Source of the DNA: Alphaproteobacteria bacterium
GTDB taxonomy: Bacteria; Pseudomonadota; Alphaproteobacteria; MPNO01; UBA830
DNA: 63,656 nt
NCBI GenBank assembly: GCA_038133505.1
Contig: JAYPTI010000001.1
Span: 1 to 63,656, forward strand
Reading direction: 5' to 3'
The translations under genes and the position numbers were made by a program. Positions 12,025 through 20,578 of this stretch are shown here, piece after piece (position 1 is the stretch's first letter; each line of letters begins with the position of its first letter). The notes beneath the pieces were generated by a model. The model saw only the letters and a program-made list of their open reading frames with translations, searched no databases and was not told the DNA's origin.

Positions 12025-12492
12025 TCAGTTGTCCAGCCTGACCAGCTGGCCCATGTCGGCGCAGTCCTCGTCGGTCTTGAGGCCGGCGGCATGGATGCCG
12101 TGGGCGGCCATGTCCTCGTCGACGTTCTGGCGGTCGCCGGTGACGCCGACCGCGCCGATCACCTCTCCCGCGTCGTTGCGGATCAGGCGTCCGCCGCCTT
12201 CGCAGAAGATCTGGTGGTTAGAAGCCTGGTGCAGGTAATCCATGAACATAGGGCGTTCGTCCGCGCGCACCTGGACGAGGCTCGACGACCGGCCGAGGGC
12301 CAGCGCGGCGTACGTCTTGCCCAGCGCCATTTCGAGGCGCAGCGCCGAGGCATGGTCTTCCTTCTTGAACGCCTTGACGACGTTGCCCGGCTCGACGACG
12401 ACGGCGGTCATCGGCCGAAGGTTCAGCTCGCGGCTCTTTTCGAATATTGCGTCGATGATCTTGTCGGCCTGGGCGAGGCTGATGATGTTCAT
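12025..12492 (-). CDS. GlcG/HbpS-like (DUF336) heme-binding protein
   Basis: 155 aa. GGGRLIRNDAGEVIGAVGVTGD is the typical GlcG family motif. Confidence 0.8.
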   Translation of the reverse strand: MNIISLAQADKIIDAIFEKSRELNLRPMTAVVVEPGNVVKAFKKEDHASALRLEMALGKTYAALALGRSSSLVQVRADERPMFMDYLHQASNHQIFCEGGGRLIRNDAGEVIGAVGVTGDRQNVDEDMAAHGIHAAGLKTDEDCADMGQLVRLDN

Positions 12493-12576
12493 GTGATGGC
12501 TCCCTGAGTTGAATTACGGCTCCCTTTATGGGACAGACAGAGGCTCTGTGCCAGACGCGAGAAGAAGCTTTACGTC

Positions 12577-13452
12577 ATGACCCGCCCCTGTCCCGGCCCG
12601 GACTACAATTTCCGCGCACCGAAAATCGCGCCGCCGCCGAAATCCTGCTGCACGCAGGCGCACGTGTTCGGCCCGTCCGACCGGTTTCCCTATTCTCCGG
12701 GCCGCGGCTACACGCCGCCGGACGCGCCGGTCGAGGCCTATCTGAGGCTTCTCGATTCGCTCGGGCTCGAGCGCGGCGTGATCGTCCACGGCAGCGCGCA
12801 CGGCTCCGACAACCGGGCAAGCCTCGACGGAATCGCGCGCGCGCCGGACCGGCTCCGAGGTATCGCGGTGATCGACCCGGACGCGCCCGACAGCGAGCTC
12901 GAAATGCTCGCGGCGGGCGGCATGAAGGGCATCCGCCTGTCGACGATGCTGGTCGGCGCGGTCGGCACCGATCACCTCGCATCGCTTGCCGAGCGCGTGA
13001 AACCTTTCGGCTGGCACATCGTGCTTCACGTGAACGACTGCAACGAGTTCGTCGCGCTGGAGCCGTTGATCCGCGACCTGCCGGTGCCGCTGATGGTCGA
13101 TCATCTGGGCCGCGTGCGCGGCGGGCAGGGGGTCGACTATCCGGGCTTCCAGGCGTTGCTGCGGCTGCTGCGCGAGACCGATCACGTCTGGGCCAAGCTG
13201 TCGAGCTGGTACAGGCTATCGGATACCGGCGCGCCCTACGACGATATCACGCCCATCGCCCGCGCGCTGATCGAGGCGCGGACGGACCGGATCGTATGGG
13301 GCACCAACTGGCCGCATCCGATCCTGTGGGACTATCCGATGCCCAACGACGCCGACCTGTTCGATCAGTTCATGGGCTGGTGCGGCGACGACGAAACGCG
13401 CCGCCGGATACTTGTCGAGAACCCGGCAAGGCTTTACGAGTTTCCGGCATGA
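12577..13452 (+). CDS. Amidohydrolase-2 family hydrolase, LigI (2-pyrone-4,6-dicarboxylate lactonase)-like
   Basis: 291 aa. CCTQAHVFGP, GVIVHGSAHG, VDHLGR and WGTNWPHP match my memory of LigI-type amidohydrolases. Confidence 0.7.
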   Translation: MTRPCPGPDYNFRAPKIAPPPKSCCTQAHVFGPSDRFPYSPGRGYTPPDAPVEAYLRLLDSLGLERGVIVHGSAHGSDNRASLDGIARAPDRLRGIAVIDPDAPDSELEMLAAGGMKGIRLSTMLVGAVGTDHLASLAERVKPFGWHIVLHVNDCNEFVALEPLIRDLPVPLMVDHLGRVRGGQGVDYPGFQALLRLLRETDHVWAKLSSWYRLSDTGAPYDDITPIARALIEARTDRIVWGTNWPHPILWDYPMPNDADLFDQFMGWCGDDETRRRILVENPARLYEFPA

Positions 13453-13964
13453 GCGAACGCGAAGTCTGGTCCAAACTGATCTTCGACAAGCTGGTCGAGG
13501 CCGACGTCAGCCTGTTCTCCTACGTGCCCGATTTCGGCAACGCCGCGATCGTCGAGATGGCGGAGGAGCATAACAGCACGCGCACCGTCCTGCTGGCGAG
13601 CGAGGAAGAGGGCGTGGCGCTGTGCGTCGGCGCCGATCTGGTGGGCGCGCGCGGCGTGCTGCTGATGCAGTCGTCCGGCGTCGGCAACTGCCCGAACATG
13701 CTGTCGCTGGTCCAGGGCGGCCGGTTTCCCATGCTGATGATCGTCACCATGCGGGGCGACTACGGCGAGCAGAACCCGTGGCAGTATCCGATGGGACAGG
13801 CGGTGGTGCCGGTGCTTGAGGCGATGGGCATCCTCTGCATAGAGGTCGAGAGAGAGGACGAGCTGGAACAGGCGGTCGACGCCGCGCTGTCGGCGTCGTT
13901 CAAGGCGGGCAACGGGGTCGCGCTGATCCTGACCCAGAAATTCCTCGGCGCGAAAGCCTTCTGA
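13449..13964 (+). CDS. Split ThDP-dependent decarboxylase, alpha (PYR-domain) subunit, ComD/sulfopyruvate- or phosphonopyruvate-decarboxylase-like
   Basis: ATG 13449 overlaps the upstream stop (ATGA). MSEREVWSKLIFDKLVEADVSLFSYVPD...SEEEGVALCVGADLVGARGVLLMQSSGVGN. It is the in-frame tail of the chimeric track ORF 12528..13964. Confidence 0.75.
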   Translation: MSEREVWSKLIFDKLVEADVSLFSYVPDFGNAAIVEMAEEHNSTRTVLLASEEEGVALCVGADLVGARGVLLMQSSGVGNCPNMLSLVQGGRFPMLMIVTMRGDYGEQNPWQYPMGQAVVPVLEAMGILCIEVEREDELEQAVDAALSASFKAGNGVALILTQKFLGAKAF

Positions 13965-13969
13965 GGGCG

Positions 13970-14566
13970 ATGGACATGGACGCGACGATCGACCGCCGGA
14001 ACCTGATGCCCCACCTGTTCCCAGAGCCGGAAAAGTATCTGCTGGTGACGGGCCTCGCCGGCGCGGCCAAGGACATGGCGGCCTATACGAAGGAAGCCGA
14101 CAATCTCATCACCCTCGGCGGCGCGATGGGCGGTGCGGTGCCGATGGCGCTCGGCGTCGCCCTGTCGGCGCCGGACGAGCGCGTCGTCTGCATCACCGGC
14201 GACGGCGAACTGATCATGAGCCTCGGGGCGCTGGCGACGGTCGCCAGCGTGATGCCGGAGAACCTGTCGATCGTCTGCGTCGACAACGGCCAGCACGGCG
14301 AGACCGGCGGCCAAGCGGGCCACACCTCGCGGCGCACGGATCTCGCGAAGGTCGCCGACGGCGCCGGTATTCCGTCGGTCATGACGGTGACGGAGGAAAG
14401 CCAGTACGAGGCGGCCCGCGCGTTCCTCGAAGAGGCGCCCGGTCCGCGGTTCCTGCTGGTTCGCGTGATGCCCGGTGCGCCGACCAAATACAACCGGAAC
14501 TGGAATCTCGCGGAAACGCGCCTGATATTCCGGAACGCCTATCTCGCGAAGCGGAAAGGCGGCTGA
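13970..14566 (+). CDS. Split ThDP-dependent decarboxylase, beta (PP-domain) subunit, ComE-like
   Basis: 198 aa. The ThDP-binding motif GDGELIMSLGALATV...VDNGQHGETGGQ is GDG-X(n)-N(N)-like. Confidence 0.78.
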   Translation: MDMDATIDRRNLMPHLFPEPEKYLLVTGLAGAAKDMAAYTKEADNLITLGGAMGGAVPMALGVALSAPDERVVCITGDGELIMSLGALATVASVMPENLSIVCVDNGQHGETGGQAGHTSRRTDLAKVADGAGIPSVMTVTEESQYEAARAFLEEAPGPRFLLVRVMPGAPTKYNRNWNLAETRLIFRNAYLAKRKGG

Positions 14567-14581
14567 TCCGCCGCCTGCCGC

Positions 14582-15181
14582 CTATTTGAGCGCGGCGAGG
14601 ATCGCGTCGATATCGCGCCGGTCGCGATGGCTGGCGTACGAAAAACGGTGCGTGATCGTTCCGTCCGGCGCTGCCACGAAAATCATCGGAATCGCGACGC
14701 CGTACCAGCTGCTGCCCTTCGGAAACTGCGGGTTGGCGATGCCGAAGGCAGGGATGATCTCCGCCCTGGGCTCGGACAGCATCGTGTAGCCGATGTTCCG
14801 CTGATCCTTGAAGATCTTCATCTTGGCGGGCGTATCGTGCGCCACCAGCACGAAGTTGTAGCCGAGCTTCCGGACGTCCTTAACGCGTTCGTTCCAGGCG
14901 ACCGCCTGGGCCTTGCAGGGGGGTCACCAGTCGACCGAGCGGCTGAACAGGATCAGCAGCCCGCGCTTGTGCGCCAGCGACTTGAAATCCTGATGCTGCC
15001 CGTCCTGGTCGAGGGTCGACAGGTTATGCGGGATTTGCGCACCGACTTTCGATCCGGCCTTGATGTCGTCGCGCTCCGCGGCGAAGCCCGGCGCCGAAGC
15101 GAACCCGACGGCAAGCGCGACCGCGAGCGCGCCCAGGGCGCGGCGTCCGATCCATCGGCGAAGCGATAATTTCCAACCCAT
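14582..15181 (-). CDS. Putative selenocysteine-containing AhpC/TSA-redoxin-like thioredoxin-fold protein with signal peptide (UGA at 14924-14926 read as Sec; active site W-U-P-P-C)
   Basis: The last 85 codons of track ORF 14924..17521 (MGWKLSLRRWIGRRALGALAVALAVGFASAPGFAAE...GLLILFSRSVDW) continue in the same frame past TGA into PPCKAQAVAWNERVKDVRKLGYNFVLVAHD... There is no further stop until 14582. The track ORF 14582..14851 is the tail of this frame. A SECIS-like hairpin follows, and selAB are in the window. Confidence 0.72.
14894..14909 (-). promoter_or_regulatory. Candidate bacterial SECIS minihelix
   Basis: mRNA: UGA-CCCCCCUGCAAGGC-CCAGGC-GGUC-GCCUGG. It has a 6-bp stem and a GGUC apical loop. 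The stem starts 14 nt after the UGA. Confidence 0.6.
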
Positions 15182-15255
15182 AGGCGAAACTATAGAACGC
15201 GGCGCCGCGTCGGCCGATTCACCTTTTCGTATAGGGGGGGCGGTGCGGTCTTGTC

Positions 15256-16320
15256 TCAGTCGAGTTTCAGCAGCGATTTCGCATTGCCGCCCCAGATGGC
15301 CGCCTTGTCGCCCGCGTCCAGCGTGTCGACGAGATCGACCAGCTCGACCGGGTTGTAGTCGCCCATGTCGTATGGGTAGTCCGTTCCCATGACGAGCTTG
15401 TCGGTGCCGTACTGCTCGATCAGGTACTTGAGCTGGTGCGGCGTGAAGACGACGGTGTCGAGCCACATCTTCTTGAGATAGTTCGTCGGCGCCTGGGTGA
15501 CGTGCTGGCGGCCGTCCTCGCGCGCGCCCCACACATGATCGATGCGGCCTGAATAGGCCGGCAGGTATCCGCCGCCGTGGGCGAGCAGGATCCGCAGGTT
15601 CGGATATCGTTCCATGACGCCGTCGAAGATCAGCCGGTGGACGGCGATCGTCGTCTCGAGCGGGTTGCCGATCACGTTGTTGAAATAGTGGTCCTTGAAC
15701 CGCTCGGCCGAGGTAAAGCCGTTCGGGTGGATGAAGATCAGCGTGTCGAGCTCCTGCGCCTTGGCCCAGAACTTCTCCAGCCGCGGGTCCGAGATCTCCG
15801 TGCCGTTGACGTTGGTCAGGATCTGGAAGCCCTTGAGGCCCAGCTTGGTGACCCCGCGCTCCAGCTCCTCGACCGCCATGTCGGCGTCCTGCAGCGGGAT
15901 GTTGCCGAAGGCGACGAAACGGTCGGGCATGTCGTCGACGATCTCGGCGAGGCCGTCGTTCACGAGCTGCGCCGTCTTCATGCCGATCTCGGCCGGCAGC
16001 CAGTAATAGGCCTGGAACGGCGGCGGAATGATGGTCTGCAGGTCGATGCCCATCTTGTCCATGTCGATCAGCCGGTGGTCGACGGTGGTCAGATGCGGCA
16101 TCCGGTCGACGTTCTGCTGCATGTTGATCTGGCGCGTCATCTCGTTCGCGAACAGGACCGCGGGTTCCATGTCCGGCGTGAAATGGGGGTCGGCTATTTC
16201 CGCCGCTGCCGGAATATGGACATGGCAGTGGATGTCGACGGTGAAGGCGTCGGGCTTCTTCGGCGCGCTGCCGGGCTGGGGTCGGGCGGATGTGTAGACG
16301 TAAGGCTGGGCGCCGGCCAT
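15256..16320 (-). CDS. Amidohydrolase-2 family protein (ACMSD/aromatic-acid decarboxylase-like)
   Basis: 354 aa. VDIHCHVH metal site, ILLAHGGG, GTDYPYDM. SD AAGAGGAAA lies upstream. Confidence 0.8.
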   Translation of the reverse strand: MAGAQPYVYTSARPQPGSAPKKPDAFTVDIHCHVHIPAAAEIADPHFTPDMEPAVLFANEMTRQINMQQNVDRMPHLTTVDHRLIDMDKMGIDLQTIIPPPFQAYYWLPAEIGMKTAQLVNDGLAEIVDDMPDRFVAFGNIPLQDADMAVEELERGVTKLGLKGFQILTNVNGTEISDPRLEKFWAKAQELDTLIFIHPNGFTSAERFKDHYFNNVIGNPLETTIAVHRLIFDGVMERYPNLRILLAHGGGYLPAYSGRIDHVWGAREDGRQHVTQAPTNYLKKMWLDTVVFTPHQLKYLIEQYGTDKLVMGTDYPYDMGDYNPVELVDLVDTLDAGDKAAIWGGNAKSLLKLD

Positions 16321-16356
16321 CGGATGTTTCCTCTTCGTGCTTGCTGTTGCGGCTTG

Positions 16357-17427
16357 TTAGCGGAGACGCTCCACGCCGAGCTCGTCGGCGAGCGTGTCGA
16401 GATTCTTGAGAAGCGCGGCGTGCACCGGGACGCCGTTCGCATTGTAATCGTCCAGTTTCGAGGCGCGGCCGTCGCCGGGCACCCGGACGGCGTCGAACCC
16501 GGGGAGCGGCGTCGCGCGCCGCATGGTGCGCGACACCGCGTCGACCCGCTTGCCGAAATCGGCCGGGTCGCCGAAGCGCGCGGGATCGACGACGATAATG
16601 AAATGGCCGTTGTTGACCGGCGTAGACTGATAGGCCTCGTCGCCCATCCCCTCGACCTCGACGCCCATCTGCGCGCCCGACAAAGTCGCGGCGAGAAGGC
16701 CGACGACGAGCGACAGCGCATAGCCCTTGTGCTCGCCGATGGGGTTCAGCGTTCCCTCCGAAATGCGGGTCGAGTCGGTGAGCGGCTTGCCGTCGCGGTC
16801 GAACATCCAGCCGACCGGCAGTTCCTCGCCGCGCTGCGCGGCGGTTCGCACCTTGCCGAACGAGGCGGTCGTCGTCGCGATGTCCATCACGACCGGCGGT
16901 TCCTCGCCGGCGGGGATCGCGGCGGCGATCGGGTTGGTGCCGAGCAGCAGATCGGCGCTGCCCCAGGGCGCCATGTGATTGGCGCTGCCGTTGGTGCCGT
17001 AAAGCGCGATCATGCCCCGGTCGGCCGCCATGGAGACGTAGGTCGCCGCTGCCCCCGCATGGTTGGAGTGGCGCGCGCCGACCCAGGCGCAGCCGGCTTC
17101 CGCCGCCTTGTCGATCGCGACGTTGGCGGCGAACTGCATGACGAGATGGCCCATCGCGTTGTCGCCATCGACGACGGCGGTCGCGGCAGATTCCTGAAGC
17201 GTCCGGATGTTCGGGGTGACGTTGATGCCGCCGGAACGGATGCGTTTGACGTATTGGGCGAGCCGGAAAATGCCGTGCGTATGGAACCCGGCGAGGTCCG
17301 ACGCCACCATCAGCCGTCCGCAATCCGCAGCGTCGCGCTCGGGAAATCCCAGATGCACGAGCGTCCGGGCGATGAAACCGGCGATGGCATCGGCGGGAAA
17401 GCGCTGTTCGGCGGGGGCGTCGGCCAT
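16357..17427 (-). CDS. Ldh_2 family (malate/L-lactate/sulfolactate dehydrogenase-like) oxidoreductase
   Basis: Start at ATG 17427 (MADAPAEQRFPADAIAGFI). HTHGIFRLAQYV, ARHSNHAGAAATY and GEHKGYALS are typical of Ldh_2. Confidence 0.82.
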   Translation of the reverse strand: MADAPAEQRFPADAIAGFIARTLVHLGFPERDAADCGRLMVASDLAGFHTHGIFRLAQYVKRIRSGGINVTPNIRTLQESAATAVVDGDNAMGHLVMQFAANVAIDKAAEAGCAWVGARHSNHAGAAATYVSMAADRGMIALYGTNGSANHMAPWGSADLLLGTNPIAAAIPAGEEPPVVMDIATTTASFGKVRTAAQRGEELPVGWMFDRDGKPLTDSTRISEGTLNPIGEHKGYALSLVVGLLAATLSGAQMGVEVEGMGDEAYQSTPVNNGHFIIVVDPARFGDPADFGKRVDAVSRTMRRATPLPGFDAVRVPGDGRASKLDDYNANGVPVHAALLKNLDTLADELGVERLR

Positions 17428-17683
17428 GTGGGTCGGGATACCGTGCGGGGCTGAGAATGGAACGGCAGCCAGAATAGCCTCTAAGGCGACGGTCGCGCCA
17501 GCCTCGGCGGATTCTGTCCAAAGGCCGAACACCTGAATGCGATTGCCTCGCATTTAATACAATTTTTAGGATGTTCCCCTATCACCCGGGGCAGCGCTGC
17601 GGGCATCGGCATCTTAAATGGTAGTCCGGGTAGGTCATGTGTTTCGCCGGTCCCGCGTTTTCCGGATCCATCGAGAGAAAACT

Positions 17684-20494
17684 ATGACCGACGCCTCCTC
17701 CGCCGCCACGACCGACACCGACACCGACGACCGGCAGACGCCCGACGCTCCGGCCCGGAAAAACCGGAAAAACCCCTTCGCGCCGATCGCGCGCAGGCTC
17801 GGGTCGGTCGGGATCGGCCCCAAGCTCTATCTCGCGTTCGGTCTCGTCGCCGGTCTGACGGCGCTCGGCGGCGCGGCGACGCAGCTTTCCTACATGCGGA
17901 TCGATTCCGCCCTGTCGCAGATCACGCGCAACAGCGTCCCCGCGATGCTGATCTCGTTCGACTTCGCGCGCAGCGCCCGTCAGCTCGAAGGCGCCCTGCA
18001 GCGCCTGATCCAGTCGCAGGACGAGGAGTCGCGCGCCGAGGCGCTCGAGAACGTCACCAAGATCGGCGCAGAACTGAAGGATGAACTCGCCAAACTCGCC
18101 GACAAGGGCACCGATCCGGGCTTCCAGGAGTCGCTGAACAAAAGCGCGGGCGCGGTCATGGCCAGCGTCCCGCAGCTCGACAAGCTGATCGCCCTGCGAA
18201 ACAAGGTCGTTTCCGACATAGAAGGCAGCAATTTCGACCTGATTCTGGCGCGCAATGCCTTCGTCTTCGAGGTTTCCGGCCTCATCGACAGCGCCAATCA
18301 GGAACTCCTCGCGACGGCCAAGGAAGCCGCCGGCAAGCTCAGCGAGGGCATGGAGGGGCTGTACAAGGCCTCGTTCGTCACGCTGCGCTACAATCTGGAG
18401 CTGCTGGCGGACGGCAACGCGATGCTCGGGCTCTACGCCCAGGCTTCCGCCTCGGCCGACGCCGCCCGGCGCGCCACGCTCGAGAATTCCTTCAAGGTTC
18501 ACAAGGCCCGCGTGGGCGAGGCGTTCGCCGCTCTCGGCGCGGACGGCATCGATGCGAAGGCGAAACAGGTAATCGAGCGTATCGTCGCCTTCGGCGACGG
18601 CAAGAACGGTATTTTCAAGCGGGCCGGCACCGCGCAGGACGCGACGCGCATCGCCGAAATGCGCGCGGCGCTGACCCCCGCGCTGCGCCCCGCCATCGAC
18701 GAGGCCGCGTTCGATTCCGAAGTGAAGGCGTCCGGTCTGTCGACGCGTGCCGGATCGACCATGAACGAGCTGATCGAGATCGGCGTCGGCGAACTGCGGG
18801 CACTGCTCGAGCTTCAGACCGCCGGCGGCGTCATTGCCGGCGCGCTGTCCGAGTCCGCCCGCATCGACAGCGGCGCGCAGCTCGCACCGCTCCGCAAGCG
18901 CTACGACGACGGCAAAAAGGGAGTGGCCGAGGCGCTTGAGAAGCTGAAGTTCGCCGCCTACAAGGACGACGTCGAAAAGCTCGCCAAGGATCTCGTCGCG
19001 GTCGGCGAGAAGGAACGCAACGTGTTCGTGGCGGCCGAGGACAAGCTGGCGGTCGCGATCGACATCCGCGCCCTCGTCGAGCCCAACACCGAAGCGACCG
19101 ACGTGCTCACCGCCGGCGCCCAGCGTCTGGCCGAGGAAGCGCGCGAGACGGTGGCGTCCGAATCCCGCGTCGCCGAGCTGGCCATCGGCGTCGGGCAGGG
19201 CACGATGCTCGTCGTCGTCGTCTTCGCGCTCGTCGTTTCGATCGCCATCGCGTGGCTTTATATCGGCCGCGGGCTGGTGCGACGCCTGACCGCCCTCAAG
19301 GGCTCCGTCGACGAGCTTGCCGCCGGCAATCTGGAAGTCGAGGTCAAGGTCTCCGGCGGCGACGAGATCGGCGCCATGGCCCGGGCGATGGCGGTCTTCC
19401 GCGAAAACGCGCTCGAGAACCGGCGGCTCCAGGAAGAGCAGCGAGAGGCCCAGACGCGCGCCGCCGAGGAGGAACGCACCCGCGAGGACGAGAAGCGCCG
19501 GGCCGAGGAAGCGGCCGAGCGCGACCGCCGCGAGATGGAGGAGAAGGCCCAGGCCGAAAAGCGCAATGCGCTGCTGCAGCTCGCCGCAGGGTTCGAGGAG
19601 AGCGTCGGCGCCGTGATCGGAAGCGTCGGCAGCGCCGTCGCCCAGATGAAGCAGCTGGCCGAAGGCATGACGTCGACCGCCGAAGACACCACCGCAAAGG
19701 CGACCGACGCGGCCAGCGCGTCCGCCGCGATCTCCGAGAGCGTGCGATCCGCCGCCCAGTCGTCGCGCGAACTCGCGTCGTCGATCGCCGAGATCGGCAA
19801 GCAGGTGCAGCAGGGCTCCGACATCGCGCGGAACGCCATGGACCAGGCCGAGCAGACCACCGAGGCGGTCGTCGGGCTCGACGAATCCGCGAGCCGGATC
19901 GGCGAGATCATCGATCTCATTAACGACATCGCGAGCCAGACCAACCTGCTCGCCCTCAACGCCACCATCGAGGCGTCGCGCGCGGGCGAAGCGGGCAAGG
20001 GCTTCGCCGTGGTCGCGACCGAGGTGAAGACGCTGGCCGACCAGACGGCCAAGGCGACCGAGGAGATCGGCGCGCAGATCGGCGACATCCAGGCGGCGAC
20101 CACCAAATCGGTCGAATCGATCCGCGCCATCCGCGGCACCATCGGCGAGATCAACGAGGTCACGACCGTCATCGCCTCCGCGGTGGAGGAGCAGAACGCC
20201 GCCACCGAGCAGATCGCCCGCAACGTCAACGAGGCCGCCGACGGCGTCGACCGCGCGTCCGAGAACATCGGCGCGGCCCAGTCCGGCGCCACCCAGACCG
20301 GCAGCGCCGCCGGGCACGTGCTCGAAGCGGCGGAAGACCTCACCCGCCAGTCGCAGAGCCTCGAGCAGGCGGTCGGTGCGTTCCTGCGGGAACTGCGGGC
20401 GGCCTCGGCAGGCGGGCTCAGGCGGCCCGTTTCGCTTAAGCTGTCATCCCGGACTTGTTCCGGGATCCAGAACTGCCGGTCGAGAGTGCGCTGA
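17684..20494 (+). CDS. Methyl-accepting chemotaxis protein with a very long periplasmic region
   Basis: Start at ATG 17684. TM1 is about aa 44-68 and TM2 about aa 506-530, followed by HAMP ([12 protein letters not shown]), a charged coiled coil, and the MCP signalling hairpin [37 protein letters not shown]. The last ~17 codons and the stop lie inside a palindromic repeat. Confidence 0.9.
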   Translation: MTDASSAATTDTDTDDRQTPDAPARKNRKNPFAPIARRLGSVGIGPKLYLAFGLVAGLTALGGAATQLSYMRIDSALSQITRNSVPAMLISFDFARSARQLEGALQRLIQSQDEESRAEALENVTKIGAELKDELAKLADKGTDPGFQESLNKSAGAVMASVPQLDKLIALRNKVVSDIEGSNFDLILARNAFVFEVSGLIDSANQELLATAKEAAGKLSEGMEGLYKASFVTLRYNLELLADGNAMLGLYAQASASADAARRATLENSFKVHKARVGEAFAALGADGIDAKAKQVIERIVAFGDGKNGIFKRAGTAQDATRIAEMRAALTPALRPAIDEAAFDSEVKASGLSTRAGSTMNELIEIGVGELRALLELQTAGGVIAGALSESARIDSGAQLAPLRKRYDDGKKGVAEALEKLKFAAYKDDVEKLAKDLVAVGEKERNVFVAAEDKLAVAIDIRALVEPNTEATDVLTAGAQRLAEEARETVASESRVAELAIGVGQGTMLVVVVFALVVSIAIAWLYIGRGLVRRLTALKGSVDELAAGNLEVEVKVSGGDEIGAMARAMAVFRENALENRRLQEEQREAQTRAAEEERTREDEKRRAEEAAERDRREMEEKAQAEKRNALLQLAAGFEESVGAVIGSVGSAVAQMKQLAEGMTSTAEDTTAKATDAASASAAISESVRSAAQSSRELASSIAEIGKQVQQGSDIARNAMDQAEQTTEAVVGLDESASRIGEIIDLINDIASQTNLLALNATIEASRAGEAGKGFAVVATEVKTLADQTAKATEEIGAQIGDIQAATTKSVESIRAIRGTIGEINEVTTVIASAVEEQNAATEQIARNVNEAADGVDRASENIGAAQSGATQTGSAAGHVLEAAEDLTRQSQSLEQAVGAFLRELRAASAGGLRRPVSLKLSSRTCSGIQNCRSRVR

Positions 20495-20525
20495 AGACTG
20501 GACCCCGGAACAAGTCCGGGGTGAC
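20443..20525. repeat. 83-bp imperfect palindromic (REP/MITE-like) element
   Basis: The arms GTCATCCCGGACTTGTTCCGGGATCCAG (20443-20470) and CTGGACCCCGGAACAAGTCCGGGGTGAC (20498-20525) are complementary at 26 of 28 positions. Each arm also holds its own CCCGGA-N5-TCCGGG mini-palindrome. Confidence 0.75.
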
Positions 20526-20578
20526 CAATCAGCTGTGTGCGAAAGAGGGCGTCCGTCGGCTGACCTGGCGCCGTCTCC

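Noticed and set aside
12528-13964. 478-aa plus-strand ORF
   Set aside because: It is chimeric. Its first ~300 codons are an alternate frame across the LigI-like amidohydrolase gene (R/A/G/P-rich). Only the part from ATG 13449 is the ComD-like subunit.
15182-17521. The upstream ~780 codons of track ORF 14924..17521
   Set aside because: This frame runs over the amidohydrolase (15256..16320) and Ldh_2 (16357..17427) genes, which read in other frames of the same strand, and it translates to R/P/G-rich nonsense. Only the last 85 codons (from ATG 15181) look like real protein: a signal peptide plus the first half of a redoxin.
17582-20317. 911-aa minus-strand ORF
   Set aside because: It is antisense to the MCP gene, whose HAMP and signalling-hairpin motifs are unambiguous. 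The translation is G/R/L/A-rich with no recognisable domain.
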